Part shown: positions 8,025 through 16,322 of the stretch, piece by piece | Numbering within the stretch: position 1 is the stretch's first letter | Layout: every line of letters begins with the position of its first letter | Notes under the pieces: model-generated | The model's database searches: none | Seen by the model: the letters and a program-made list of their open reading frames with translations, nothing else | Told to the model about the DNA's origin: nothing | NCBI GenBank assembly: GCA_946550725.1 | Contig: CAMNQX010000009.1 | Span: 69 to 64,068, forward strand | DNA from: an uncultured Clostridia bacterium | GTDB taxonomy: Bacteria > Bacillota > Clostridia > Oscillospirales > Oscillospiraceae | Direction of reading: 5' to 3' | Length of the DNA stretch: 64,000 nucleotides | Program-made: the position numbers and the translations under genes

Positions 8025-8411
8025 TCAGTCTCCAAGCCCCTGGAGCTTGCGCAAAATCACATCGTCCGCAGGGCAAAAATCATAGTTTGAAATTTCCTCC
8101 ACAGTGATCCAGCGAATGTCGTTGTGTTCCAGCTTCTGCGGAGTTCCTTCCGTAATCTCCGCCCGGAATAGGGTCAGGTGAACGGTCAGGTCCGGGTACT
8201 CATGGGTGACCTCCATGTAAACCTCGTTGACCGCGACGGTCACGTTGAGCTCCTCTTTGCACTCGCGAATGAGCGCCTGCTCCTTTGTCTCGTCAGGCTC
8301 CACCTTGCCGCCGACGAACTCCCACAGCAGGCCCCTGGCCTTGTGCTCCGGCCGCTGGCAGATCATAAACTTGTCTCCCGCCCAGATGAGGGCAGCTACT
8401 ACTTCGGTCAT
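8025..8411 (-). CDS. Nudix (MutT/NudG-like) nucleoside triphosphate pyrophosphohydrolase.
   Basis: Near-canonical Nudix box GKVEPDETKEQALIRECKEELNV. The ORF track opens at a GTG at 8462, but the ATG at 8411 has a GAGAGGGA Shine-Dalgarno and gives a typical length of about 128 aa. The stop lies 13 nt before the SauUSI-like start, so the two are probably co-transcribed. Confidence 0.85.
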   Translation of the reverse strand: MTEVVAALIWAGDKFMICQRPEHKARGLLWEFVGGKVEPDETKEQALIRECKEELNVTVAVNEVYMEVTHEYPDLTVHLTLFRAEITEGTPQKLEHNDIRWITVEEISNYDFCPADDVILRKLQGLGD

Positions 8412-8462
8412 ATTCTCTTTTCCCTCTCTGTTCGTTCTGGAAAACCCACGTTTGTCAGGCAC

Positions 8463-8491
8463 ATTTTACCACATTTTTACTGTTTTCACAA
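8463..8491 (-). promoter_or_regulatory. Sigma-70-like promoter with extended -10 for the Nudix/type IV operon: TTGTGA, 17-nt spacer, TGgTAAAAT.
   Basis: The minus-strand reading is TTGTGAaaacagtaaaaatgtggTAAAAT. Confidence 0.5.
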
Positions 8492-8780
8492 CTAAAACTT
8501 TCGTGCTGCTGTCTCTTTGTTTACAGCAAGGCAACTGTTCCCCAACCCGGGCCTTGAAAGGTTGTTGGGATCATGGTACAGTACACATGAGCTATGGGTG
8601 CCGGGAGCGCGGGGCACTACTTCTGGAATCGGTTCTGACCACATGTGGCACCACAGTTAGCTCTGGAATGTATGGAGTGGGCGGAGCATTTGCGACTAAA
8701 TAGTGCAAAATTTTGAGCGGAAATATCTAAATAATCTATAAACATCCAGAAAAAGTTTTATCCGCCTTTTCGCAACACGG

Positions 8781-8811
8781 AGGCCGACGGTTCAAATCCG
8801 TTCAGGTCTGT
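8781..8811 (+). other. tRNA 3'-end fragment (variable region, T-arm and acceptor 3' strand) with no 5' half. It may be an att-site remnant.
   Basis: GACGG-TTCAAAT-CCGTT forms a canonical T-stem/loop (GGTTCAAATCC) followed by 7 nt (CAGGTCT). No complementary AGACCTG and no anticodon arm is found in the 80 nt upstream. Confidence 0.4.
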
Positions 8812-8815
8812 CAAC

Positions 8816-8851
8816 AACAAAGAAGGCGGCATATATGCCGCCTTCTTTGTT
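8816..8851. terminator. Bidirectional rho-independent terminator downstream of buk.
   Basis: Perfect inverted repeat AACAAAGAAGGCGGC-atatat-GCCGCCTTCTTTGTT with A-rich and T-rich flanks that work in both orientations. Confidence 0.85.
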
Positions 8852-8911
8852 TCTTGTTCGGGATCGGACCTTCGAAAAACCTCGACAGACGCCAAGAAAA
8901 CGGTCGGTTTC

Positions 8912-10018
8912 CTACGAAAATGAGAAGCCTGTCCAGGTGGGAACGCCGGTGTATGTCTTTAATGCCTCCTTGCCCTCCAAAACGCGGATCACACCTGCGG
9001 CCATGGCCTCCATTTCAAACTCGCCGGGGTAAGAGGTGACCGGGGCAATAAAACTGCAATCCTCGGTGATCCGTTGGACCAGGCCCTGATCGTGTACAAT
9101 GCCGCCGCCTAACAGGATGCCGTCCACCTTGCCCTTTAATACGACGGCCATGGCGCCAATGTATTTTTCGATCTGGTAAATAAAGGCGTCCCACACCAGA
9201 GCTGCCTCCCGGTCGCCTGCTGCGACGCGGGCGGTGATCTCCCTGGCATCGGAGGTCCCCAGGAGGGAAACGAAGCCGCCGGTCTTGACGGCCAAGGCCT
9301 TTACGGCGTTCCCAACGGCGCCGGTGTTCCTCATATAGTTCAGAATTTCAACGACAGGGATGGAACCGCAGCGCGTCGGCGCCATAGGGCCTTCGCCGCC
9401 GACGATATCGTTGCCGTCGATCATTCTGCCGTGATCGTGGGCGCTGACGGACACGCCGCCTCCAATGTGACAAACGATAAAGCTGCAGTCCTCATACCGC
9501 TTGCCGATGTTCTGTGCGTGACGGATGGCGGTCTCTTTCAGGTTCAGGGCGTGAAGATGCACGTTCCGGTACACGCCCTTGATCCCGGTCACCCGGGCGA
9601 CATCCTGAAGCTCATCCGTGTCCGGGGGATTGACAACGTACGCCTTCTTGCCATAGGCGTCCGCATATTTCTGAGCCAGCTGGGGGCCAAGGGTCGCCGG
9701 ATGGGGAACACCGTTTGCGATATGAACTGCGTGGTCCAGCAGTACATCATTCACGGCGTAGGTGCCGCCCTCGACGCCCAAAAGTCCGCCGCCGCGGCCT
9801 ACAAAAGCGTCCACGCCGCTCAGATCCACATGATGCTCCGCCAGCAGACGGCTGATGGTCTCTTCGCGGTAGGGCAGTTGCTGGGAAATGGAGGCAAACT
9901 CTTTGAGTTTGTCCGCGTCGTGGGACACGTTGGCGCCAAACAGCTTTTCTTCCCCGTCAAACAACGCGATCTTGGTAGAGGTCGAGCCGGGATTGACAGC
10001 AAAAATCTTGTAGCCCAT
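8912..10018 (-). CDS. buk: Butyrate kinase.
   Basis: N-terminus MGYKIFAVNPGSTSTKIALF (ASKHA phosphate-1 motif typical of Buk), 368 aa, immediately downstream of a Pta/Ptb-family gene. Confidence 0.9.
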   Translation of the reverse strand: MGYKIFAVNPGSTSTKIALFDGEEKLFGANVSHDADKLKEFASISQQLPYREETISRLLAEHHVDLSGVDAFVGRGGGLLGVEGGTYAVNDVLLDHAVHIANGVPHPATLGPQLAQKYADAYGKKAYVVNPPDTDELQDVARVTGIKGVYRNVHLHALNLKETAIRHAQNIGKRYEDCSFIVCHIGGGVSVSAHDHGRMIDGNDIVGGEGPMAPTRCGSIPVVEILNYMRNTGAVGNAVKALAVKTGGFVSLLGTSDAREITARVAAGDREAALVWDAFIYQIEKYIGAMAVVLKGKVDGILLGGGIVHDQGLVQRITEDCSFIAPVTSYPGEFEMEAMAAGVIRVLEGKEALKTYTGVPTWTGFSFS

Positions 10019-10022
10019 CTGA

Positions 10023-11024
10023 TCACCCGTTTCTCTGTGCTCTGACGCAGCTCATGACCACATTTCCAATCAGCTCCGACACCGGCGAGCTTCTGGAACA
10101 GTCGCAGACGATCTTGTTGAAGCCCTGCAGGAAAGGACCGTACGCGTCGGCGTGCGCAAACTGCTGGACGAGCTTCACACCCACGTTCCCCACGTCGATG
10201 TTGGTCCAGATAATGATATTTGCTTTGCCGGCGACCTTGGAATCCCGCTGGACCTTTTTGGCCGCGACGGCGGGGTCGACGGCGGAATCCAGTTGGAATT
10301 CGCCGTCAATGGCCAGATCCGGCCGCTTTTCGTTGGCGATCCGCACGGCCTCCACCACCTTGTCCACCATCTGCCCCACGCCGGAGCCGCACGTGGAGTA
10401 AGAGAGCATGGCGCATCTTGGCTCCCAGTCGGTCAGGGCGGCAACGGTCTCGCACGCGGAGATGGCGATGCCCGCCAGATCCTCGGCGCTGGGGTCTACG
10501 CACACCGCAGAGTCGCCGAAGGCGAGAAGACTGCCCTCGGACCCGTTATAGCCGGGGATATTGAAAATGCCGCAGCTGGATACCGTGTTGACCCCTTCCT
10601 TCATGCCGATCACCGTTTGGCCCGCTAAGATCACATCGCCTGTGGTATGCGTCAGCCCGGCAAAGGTAACGTCGATCTGGCCGTTGGCCTGCATCATAAG
10701 GGCGGTGAACATGGGGTCGGCGTTTGCCCGCCTTGTCATCGACTTGGCAGAGAACAGGGGATAGGCCGCCACATATTCCGTAACGGTTTTTTCGATGAAC
10801 GCTTCGTCGTATCCGTCCACTACTTGGATGCCCTCCAGAGAAATGCCGAACCGTTCCGCCGCCGCACGGATGTCCGCCGGGCGGCCGACCAGAACGGGGA
10901 TGCAATACCCGTTGTCATGCAATTCCTTTGCCGCCAGCAGGATCTTTTCTTCCGTTGCCTCCGGAAAGGCGACCCGCTGAGGGTGCGCCTTCGCTTTGGC
11001 ATAAATGCGTTCCATCATATCCAT
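10023..11024 (-). CDS. Phosphate acyltransferase of the Pta/Ptb family. Probably a phosphate butyryltransferase given the 4-nt spacing to buk, although its 333 aa is closer to Pta size.
   Basis: The N-terminus ...AKAHPQRVAFPEATEEKILLAAKEL... and the later DGEFQLDSA region are typical of the PTA_PTB family. Confidence 0.8.
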   Translation of the reverse strand: MDMMERIYAKAKAHPQRVAFPEATEEKILLAAKELHDNGYCIPVLVGRPADIRAAAERFGISLEGIQVVDGYDEAFIEKTVTEYVAAYPLFSAKSMTRRANADPMFTALMMQANGQIDVTFAGLTHTTGDVILAGQTVIGMKEGVNTVSSCGIFNIPGYNGSEGSLLAFGDSAVCVDPSAEDLAGIAISACETVAALTDWEPRCAMLSYSTCGSGVGQMVDKVVEAVRIANEKRPDLAIDGEFQLDSAVDPAVAAKKVQRDSKVAGKANIIIWTNIDVGNVGVKLVQQFAHADAYGPFLQGFNKIVCDCSRSSPVSELIGNVVMSCVRAQRNG

Positions 11025-11126
11025 GGATGTTTTTCCTCCTGATCGTTTCGTTTGAAGTCTTTGGAGATGTGTTTGACAGGCCGTTTCGCGGGGGAACGTT
11101 TGGGACCAAACAGGGGAGAGGCCGTG

Positions 11127-12947
11127 TTACCCCCGGTATGTAAACTCTCCGCTGGTGTACTTGGGCGGGATCACAGGGAGCTGCAAATAAGAGGGATAGC
11201 AGCCGCCGGTATGGATCACGTGTTGGACGCCTTCCGGTCCGTTGTCGGTATAGAAGTTCATGCCATGGTCCTCATACCAGTCTGTTTTGATAAATTCGGG
11301 CGTGATCTCGACGCGCAGCTCCTCTCCCGCGTGCCAGATACGGGCGTGGGGGTGGATCTCCACCTCCAACTCGTATACCTGGCCCGCCTCCATCGGCTCA
11401 TCCTTCTGGTGGGCCATGACGGGCTGGAAGTCGGTGGACTCCTTGGGGTCCAGCTGGCGGCGGGAGGCCCGGGACTGGCCCCACGCGCCGCGATAATCAA
11501 AGCCCATACAGTCGATAGGGACGTACTCGCCCTTTGCGTTGTATTTCTTCAGGAATACGAACAGATCCATGTTGTCATAGCCTCTCGCTTCCACAAACAG
11601 ATGAAGCTTGGAATAGCCGATGATCTCAACATCCTGACGGAAGCGAACAGAGAAAACGGCCATGCCGGTCTTGTTGTCATACGCCACCTCGGAGGTGGCT
11701 GTCGGCGGCTCCGGGGACATGGTTTGGTCCGCGGCGTTCAGATACAGCTTGGTGTACTGCGTCCTCTTGATGGGGAATTCCTTTTCCGGCTTGTTGCGGA
11801 TGTAGTCGTAGCTATAGGCGTCCATCACATCCACTCTGACTCTGGGCGTAAATTCCCAACCGTTGCGGATGTCCTTGAGATAACGGTCATAAAACCGTCT
11901 CAGATCAGCCAAATTGTCGGGATCGTAGGTATCCGGCCATTCCATATCTCTGTGGAGCCTCAACCATTTTTTGGGGGAGCGGATCTTCCGGAACCCGACG
12001 CAGGAGCCTCTCAGGTGGAAATGACACATGCCGCCGCACACATACGCGGGAACCTTGATCTTCTCCCACTTGGGCGTCTTGCTTCTCCAATACGCGTCGT
12101 AATAAGGGTGCAGCAGGTACATATTGCCCAGATCCTCGATCCAGCTTTTGCACGCGCACGCGGTAACAATGCCGTTTTCAAACCCCGGGCGGGGGATGCC
12201 GTTGAAGGTCAGGGACTCGGCGTACATGTTTCCGGTCCCCTCCCAGGCGGCGATGCAGGCCAGGTGAGGGGGCTGCTCCGCAGCGATCCTCCAGATCACC
12301 ATGCAGACGCCGGAATTGCCGAACAGGGTAACGCGCCCGTTGCACCAGGGCTGCTGGGCGATCCATTCGATATAGTCGTAGCCGTCCCTGCCGTCTTCGA
12401 CTCCCCAAAGGTTGACGTTTCCTTCGGAATTGCCGATGCCGCGAGGGTCCACATTGGCCACCGCGTAGCCGTAGTGGCACCAGTAAGCGGGATCGGCGGC
12501 CTCAAATTTGGCCATTTCAGATACCGTCTGAGGCGGGACTCCCATGAGCTTCCACCCGTCCTGGCCCTCGTGGGGGCGCTTGCCGAAGGGACCCCAGCAA
12601 ACGATCACGGGAAGCGGCTCGGGCGCGTTCACGGGACGGTAGATGTCGGAATAAATGGTGACGCCGTCTCGCAGGACACAGGGCACATCCTGATCGCAGG
12701 TAATGTGAGGCGCTGCCTTCGTGGCGGTATACGTGCGGGGGTGATATTCCGCGCAGATGGAGAAGTCCGGGACCTGCTGGCCGGAAGCCCGCAGGGCTTC
12801 CACCTCCTTCAAGGTTTTCCCGGGGTGGCCCCGGCGGAAGATGACGTCGATCTCCTCGCCCTCATAGGTGCGCTTTTCCACCATAAAATGCTGGGTATCT
12901 TCCCGGGAATAGGTGGGCATACCGTCAAGCTTTGTGATCTTCTGCAT
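11127..12947 (-). CDS. CocE/NonD-family (peptidase S15-like) alpha/beta hydrolase.
   Basis: YRPV...PVIV...ANVDPRGIGNSEG...WIAQQPWCNGRVTLFGNSGVC (GxSxG nucleophile elbow) and 606 aa are typical of the family. An AAGGAGGA Shine-Dalgarno lies inside the 3' end of the upstream MBL gene. Confidence 0.8.
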   Translation of the reverse strand: MQKITKLDGMPTYSREDTQHFMVEKRTYEGEEIDVIFRRGHPGKTLKEVEALRASGQQVPDFSICAEYHPRTYTATKAAPHITCDQDVPCVLRDGVTIYSDIYRPVNAPEPLPVIVCWGPFGKRPHEGQDGWKLMGVPPQTVSEMAKFEAADPAYWCHYGYAVANVDPRGIGNSEGNVNLWGVEDGRDGYDYIEWIAQQPWCNGRVTLFGNSGVCMVIWRIAAEQPPHLACIAAWEGTGNMYAESLTFNGIPRPGFENGIVTACACKSWIEDLGNMYLLHPYYDAYWRSKTPKWEKIKVPAYVCGGMCHFHLRGSCVGFRKIRSPKKWLRLHRDMEWPDTYDPDNLADLRRFYDRYLKDIRNGWEFTPRVRVDVMDAYSYDYIRNKPEKEFPIKRTQYTKLYLNAADQTMSPEPPTATSEVAYDNKTGMAVFSVRFRQDVEIIGYSKLHLFVEARGYDNMDLFVFLKKYNAKGEYVPIDCMGFDYRGAWGQSRASRRQLDPKESTDFQPVMAHQKDEPMEAGQVYELEVEIHPHARIWHAGEELRVEITPEFIKTDWYEDHGMNFYTDNGPEGVQHVIHTGGCYPSYLQLPVIPPKYTSGEFTYRG

Positions 12948-13767
12948 GGTTTACGATCCTCCTTTTGGCCACAATGATCGCGTGCTTTCCCTTTTGACTT
13001 TCATGTAGGTACATCCTGCCGCCAAATTGAGGGTAGAACGGATCTGCATAATGTGATGTTTTCGCTTCATCATAGCTCTGGGCGCACTCCAGCATCGCCT
13101 CAACATCCTCGCGGGTCAGCAGCTCCTTGCTGTGGGAGGAGAGGAGAAAGGAAAAATCGATGGCTGAAATGTCCTTCAGCATCTGGAGGTGCTGTTTGAC
13201 GGAAGATGCTTCGGGGAAGTTCAAGCACGCCAGGAGGCAGACGGAGTCTCCGCCCAAAAGCAGCTTCCGCTCCTGCACATAGAAGCCGGTCATTCCCGGG
13301 CTGTGGGAACCCATGGGCACAGGTCTGACATGGACCCCGCCGAGATCGATCTCCTCCTCCATATTCAGGGCTTCGACGTTTTCCATGCGGTACGCAAGGT
13401 ATTGCTCTGTGCGCGTTTGGTCCGGCGCCAAACCCATTTGGGCAAAATGCTCCAGCGCCGCGGGCCTGATATCAAGAGCGCTGAGGTACAGACACCCGAC
13501 GGCGAAGTCCTTTTGGTTGAGATAGACCCGGTCAAACTGGTAATTCCCCCCGATGTGGTCCAGGTGCGCGTGGGTGTTGCACACGATGCAGGGCTTGCCG
13601 GTCAAAGCGCCCACCACCGCCTTCAGATCCGCATACCCGGTACAGGTATCCACCAAAAGGGCACGCTCTGCGCCCACGATCAGGGTGGCGCAGACCCCGG
13701 TGGCGTCCTGCATGTGGTACACGCCGTCCAACGGCTGGTAGACGTTCAGATCAAAAATCGTTTGCAT
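12925..13767 (-). CDS. MBL-fold metallo-hydrolase.
   Basis: HxHxDH motif (THAHLDHIGG). Overlaps the CocE/NonD start by 23 nt. Confidence 0.85.
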   Translation of the reverse strand: MQTIFDLNVYQPLDGVYHMQDATGVCATLIVGAERALLVDTCTGYADLKAVVGALTGKPCIVCNTHAHLDHIGGNYQFDRVYLNQKDFAVGCLYLSALDIRPAALEHFAQMGLAPDQTRTEQYLAYRMENVEALNMEEEIDLGGVHVRPVPMGSHSPGMTGFYVQERKLLLGGDSVCLLACLNFPEASSVKQHLQMLKDISAIDFSFLLSSHSKELLTREDVEAMLECAQSYDEAKTSHYADPFYPQFGGRMYLHESQKGKHAIIVAKRRIVNHAEDHKA

Positions 13768-13828
13768 ATCGTTACCCCAAAGCCGGAAATGAGGCCTTCC
13801 CGGTCGTCCCCCCGGCAGACCGGGACGA

Positions 13829-14071
13829 TCAGAACTGTTCTTCCATCCACTGGGCGACCTCGCCGAAGGTCTTCATCTTTTTGATGGTCATGAAGGGCAC
13901 CTCGATCTCAAAGGCGTCCTCCAGGGCGGCGGAGAACTGCACCATATTGGCGGACTTGCAGTGTAGGTCCTCTTCAAATCTGGTGTTTTCGTTCAAGAAG
14001 GACGCGTCGATGCCAAAAATGGCATGCGCCTTGCCGCGCAGCACGTCCAACGCTTCTTCCTTAATTTCCAT
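13829..14071 (-). CDS. Acyl/peptidyl carrier protein-like (80 aa).
   Basis: FEEDLHCKSANMVQFSAALEDAFEIEVP aligns with the ACP pattern F.eDLg.DSl..velv.alEeeFgieip, so the Ser in CKS would be the phosphopantetheine attachment site. Confidence 0.7.
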   Translation of the reverse strand: MEIKEEALDVLRGKAHAIFGIDASFLNENTRFEEDLHCKSANMVQFSAALEDAFEIEVPFMTIKKMKTFGEVAQWMEEQF

Positions 14072-14137
14072 GTTGTTTTCCTCCCTCGTCCCACGACCTT
14101 CTACACATCTGCGTGAAAGGTCATGCGGTGGATGTCC

Positions 14138-14821
14138 TTATGATCTTTTGATCAGCTCAGCCAGCTCGCCCACCGTCTTTGCCCTAGCGGCCGCCTCTGT
14201 GATGGAGATCATCACGTCGAACTCGTCCTCCAGAGACGCGATCAGGCCCACAAACACGACGGATGCGACCTTAAAGCTGTCAAAACGGGTATCTGCGGTG
14301 ATCTCGGAAGGGTCCTTCTTATAAGAACGGGCGACCAGCGGGATCAGACGGGACAGCGTCTCGTCCATGACCGGCGTGGCCCCGGCAGCGGGCGTTGCGG
14401 GCGCCTCCTGCTCCACTTCGTCAATGGTGAAAACAGCGGTCTTGTAGCCGTCCCTCTGAACGATCTTCGCGTGAACGGGGTAGGGGAGCTTCGCGCGGAT
14501 CTGGGCCTCGTTTTCCTTGGTGACCCCGGTGACCATCACATTCCGCTCAATGCCCTCCTTCAGCTTTACCACTGCGTAACAGTAAGGCTCCAGGTCCTTC
14601 AGCGCGGGCTTCAAGCTCATCACGGAGGGGAGGACAAACAACGTCATTTCCCCTTCGCCGCTGATTTCCCTCCATTCGGTCTCCATATGTCCGCAGATAT
14701 TGCAGGCGTATACGGGAGGCCACTCCATATTTCCGCACTTGGGGCAGTAACGGCCCAGGATCTTTCCCTCTTCCAGCTTGTCGTAATAGGTCTTAACGAT
14801 CTTTTCCAACTTTACAGCCAC
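14138..14821 (-). CDS. DUF35-type Zn-ribbon/OB-fold protein fused to a C-terminal carrier-protein-like domain.
   Basis: The N-terminal CPKCGNMEWPPVYACNICG rubredoxin-like Zn ribbon plus following OB region is the usual DUF35 partner of SCP-x-type thiolases. The C-terminal RFDSFKVASVVFVGLIASLEDEFDV...TVGELAELI looks ACP-like. Confidence 0.7.
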   Translation of the reverse strand: MAVKLEKIVKTYYDKLEEGKILGRYCPKCGNMEWPPVYACNICGHMETEWREISGEGEMTLFVLPSVMSLKPALKDLEPYCYAVVKLKEGIERNVMVTGVTKENEAQIRAKLPYPVHAKIVQRDGYKTAVFTIDEVEQEAPATPAAGATPVMDETLSRLIPLVARSYKKDPSEITADTRFDSFKVASVVFVGLIASLEDEFDVMISITEAAARAKTVGELAELIKRS

Positions 14822-14838
14822 GTTGATCTGCCTCCTTC

Positions 14839-16140
14839 TCAGCCCTTGGTACGAATGATGATATTACACAGATTCTGTCCGCCGCCAAACCCGCGGAGGA
14901 AGACGGTCCTGGGGACCTTGCGAATGGGCTTGAACGCCTCCCCACGCATCTGCTTGACCGCGTCATAAAAGTCGGCAAGGCCGGACGCCGCGTGCGCATG
15001 GCCAAATGCCGTGCGGCCGCCGTTGGGGTTGATGGGCTTGTCGCCATCGATGTTGGTGCGGCCCTCCATGACATACTTCCACGCCTCGCCCTCCGGGATG
15101 TAGCCTGTGATCTCCGCGGCAAGGAGCTGGGAGGAGATGATAAAGTCGTTGACGTACATCAGGTCGATCTCCTCGGGCTTTACGCCGGTGGCGTTGTAGA
15201 CCTGGCGGGTCGCTTCGATGGTGCCGGCCACCTCCAGGAAGGGATTGGACGCCTCCAACGCAGCGTTGCCAACACCCAGGATCTCAATGGGTGTGTGGGG
15301 CAGACCGCGGGAAATGGCCCAGTCGGTGGCCGCGACGATCACAGCCGCGGCGCCGTCGCATTTGTGCTCCAGCCCGGAAATACGCATGATGCCGCCCACC
15401 TTGGGATTGTAGGGGGACTCCATGTACTCCAGAACGTCGTCAAAGCCGGCGTTCCGGGCGGCGGTCTCATACAGGCTCTCTTCGGTGTGGTCAATGGCCA
15501 GCGGATTGCCAAGGGCGTTGTGGCGGGCGTTCACCGCCAACATACAAAGCGCGTCGTCGATCTGCTTCGTACTCAGACCGTGCCTTTGCTGATACCATGC
15601 GGCGCCGTTATCGTGGCCGATGTTGCACAGCAGATGACGGGTATAGGCGTTATCGCTCAGCCATTCCGTGGAGATCTGGAACTCTTCAAAGGAGAACTTC
15701 TTGCGCATATGGGCGGGCTTTCCCTGAATGGCAAGGGCGTCGCCAAACTCTACGCAGGCGGTCAGCACGCAGTCGTACTTGCCGGAGGCCACGTCCTTCA
15801 TGGCCTGGTCCACCGCCAGATATCCGGTGCAGCAGGCCTCGGAGTGGTGGACGGACGGCTTCCCCCGCATGCCGATCCACTCGGCGACCTGCATATTGGG
15901 AGTCAGGTAGTTGGAGCCGTTCAGGGGAGAGGCGCAGCCGTGATAGTAAAAATCGACGTCCTTGGGGGTGATCCCCGCGTCCTCCATGGCGGACAGCGCC
16001 GCGTAGCCAAAGAGATCGCCTTCGGTGTAGCCGGCGGTTTCCGGGTCGTTCAGCGTTTCCCGGAAGGGCGTGCATCCCACGCCGATGATGGAAACGCTGC
16101 GCGCAAGCTTCCCGGGGTTGGTCTGATTCACATAGTTCAT
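14839..16140 (-). CDS. Thiolase-superfamily protein (SCP-x/nonspecific lipid-transfer type, the type that pairs with DUF35).
   Basis: 433 aa with the active-site cysteine context SEACCTGYLAVDQA, the C-terminal GGRTAFGHAHAASG and GFGGGQN thiolase signatures, and adjacency to the DUF35 gene. Confidence 0.8.
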   Translation of the reverse strand: MNYVNQTNPGKLARSVSIIGVGCTPFRETLNDPETAGYTEGDLFGYAALSAMEDAGITPKDVDFYYHGCASPLNGSNYLTPNMQVAEWIGMRGKPSVHHSEACCTGYLAVDQAMKDVASGKYDCVLTACVEFGDALAIQGKPAHMRKKFSFEEFQISTEWLSDNAYTRHLLCNIGHDNGAAWYQQRHGLSTKQIDDALCMLAVNARHNALGNPLAIDHTEESLYETAARNAGFDDVLEYMESPYNPKVGGIMRISGLEHKCDGAAAVIVAATDWAISRGLPHTPIEILGVGNAALEASNPFLEVAGTIEATRQVYNATGVKPEEIDLMYVNDFIISSQLLAAEITGYIPEGEAWKYVMEGRTNIDGDKPINPNGGRTAFGHAHAASGLADFYDAVKQMRGEAFKPIRKVPRTVFLRGFGGGQNLCNIIIRTKG

Positions 16141-16322
16141 AAAATGCTTTCTCCTTTTGATTCAAACGGTTTTGTTGTTGAAGCGTCCAGGTTCTTTTAT
16201 TATAGGGGCCGCCCCCTGTGTTTGGTATGTGCGTACGCCTTGAAAATCACGAGATCCGGTGGGTTGCCTTGTGCAAACGCACAATACGCCTTGATGCGGC
16301 TGGCGCCACGGGCTTACGGTGG

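Noticed and set aside
8227-8703. 158-aa plus-strand ORF spanning the Nudix gene antisense and the non-coding region.
   Set aside because: It has no ribosome-binding site and the first half is antisense to a motif-bearing Nudix gene. The sequence is low-complexity and Cys/Ser-rich with no recognisable family.
8560-8813. Possible tmRNA (ssrA). GGGGCACTACTTCTGGAATCGGTTCTGAC at about 8609 vaguely resembles a tmRNA 5' end, and a T-arm-like element lies at 8786-8802.
   Set aside because: The 3' strand (CAGGTCT) cannot pair with the putative 5' end and no CCA or acceptor complementarity exists. No tag reading frame ending in ...ALAA is present. The span of about 205 nt is far too short for a tmRNA. 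Only the T-arm/acceptor fragment is retained as a feature.
11052-12977. 641-aa plus-strand ORF antisense to the CocE/NonD hydrolase. The same phenomenon occurs at 14992-16419, 17904-19493, 22222-23271, 28024-29370, 32315-33922, 39123-40577, 57374-59716, 59446-61014 and many shorter ones.
   Set aside because: Where I checked the register (11052-12977 against the CocE/NonD gene), the antisense ORF is in phase with the motif-bearing gene on the other strand. All of these ORFs translate to repetitive Gly/Arg/His/Val/Leu-rich sequences and lack ribosome-binding sites. They are shadow ORFs typical of high-GC3 genomes.
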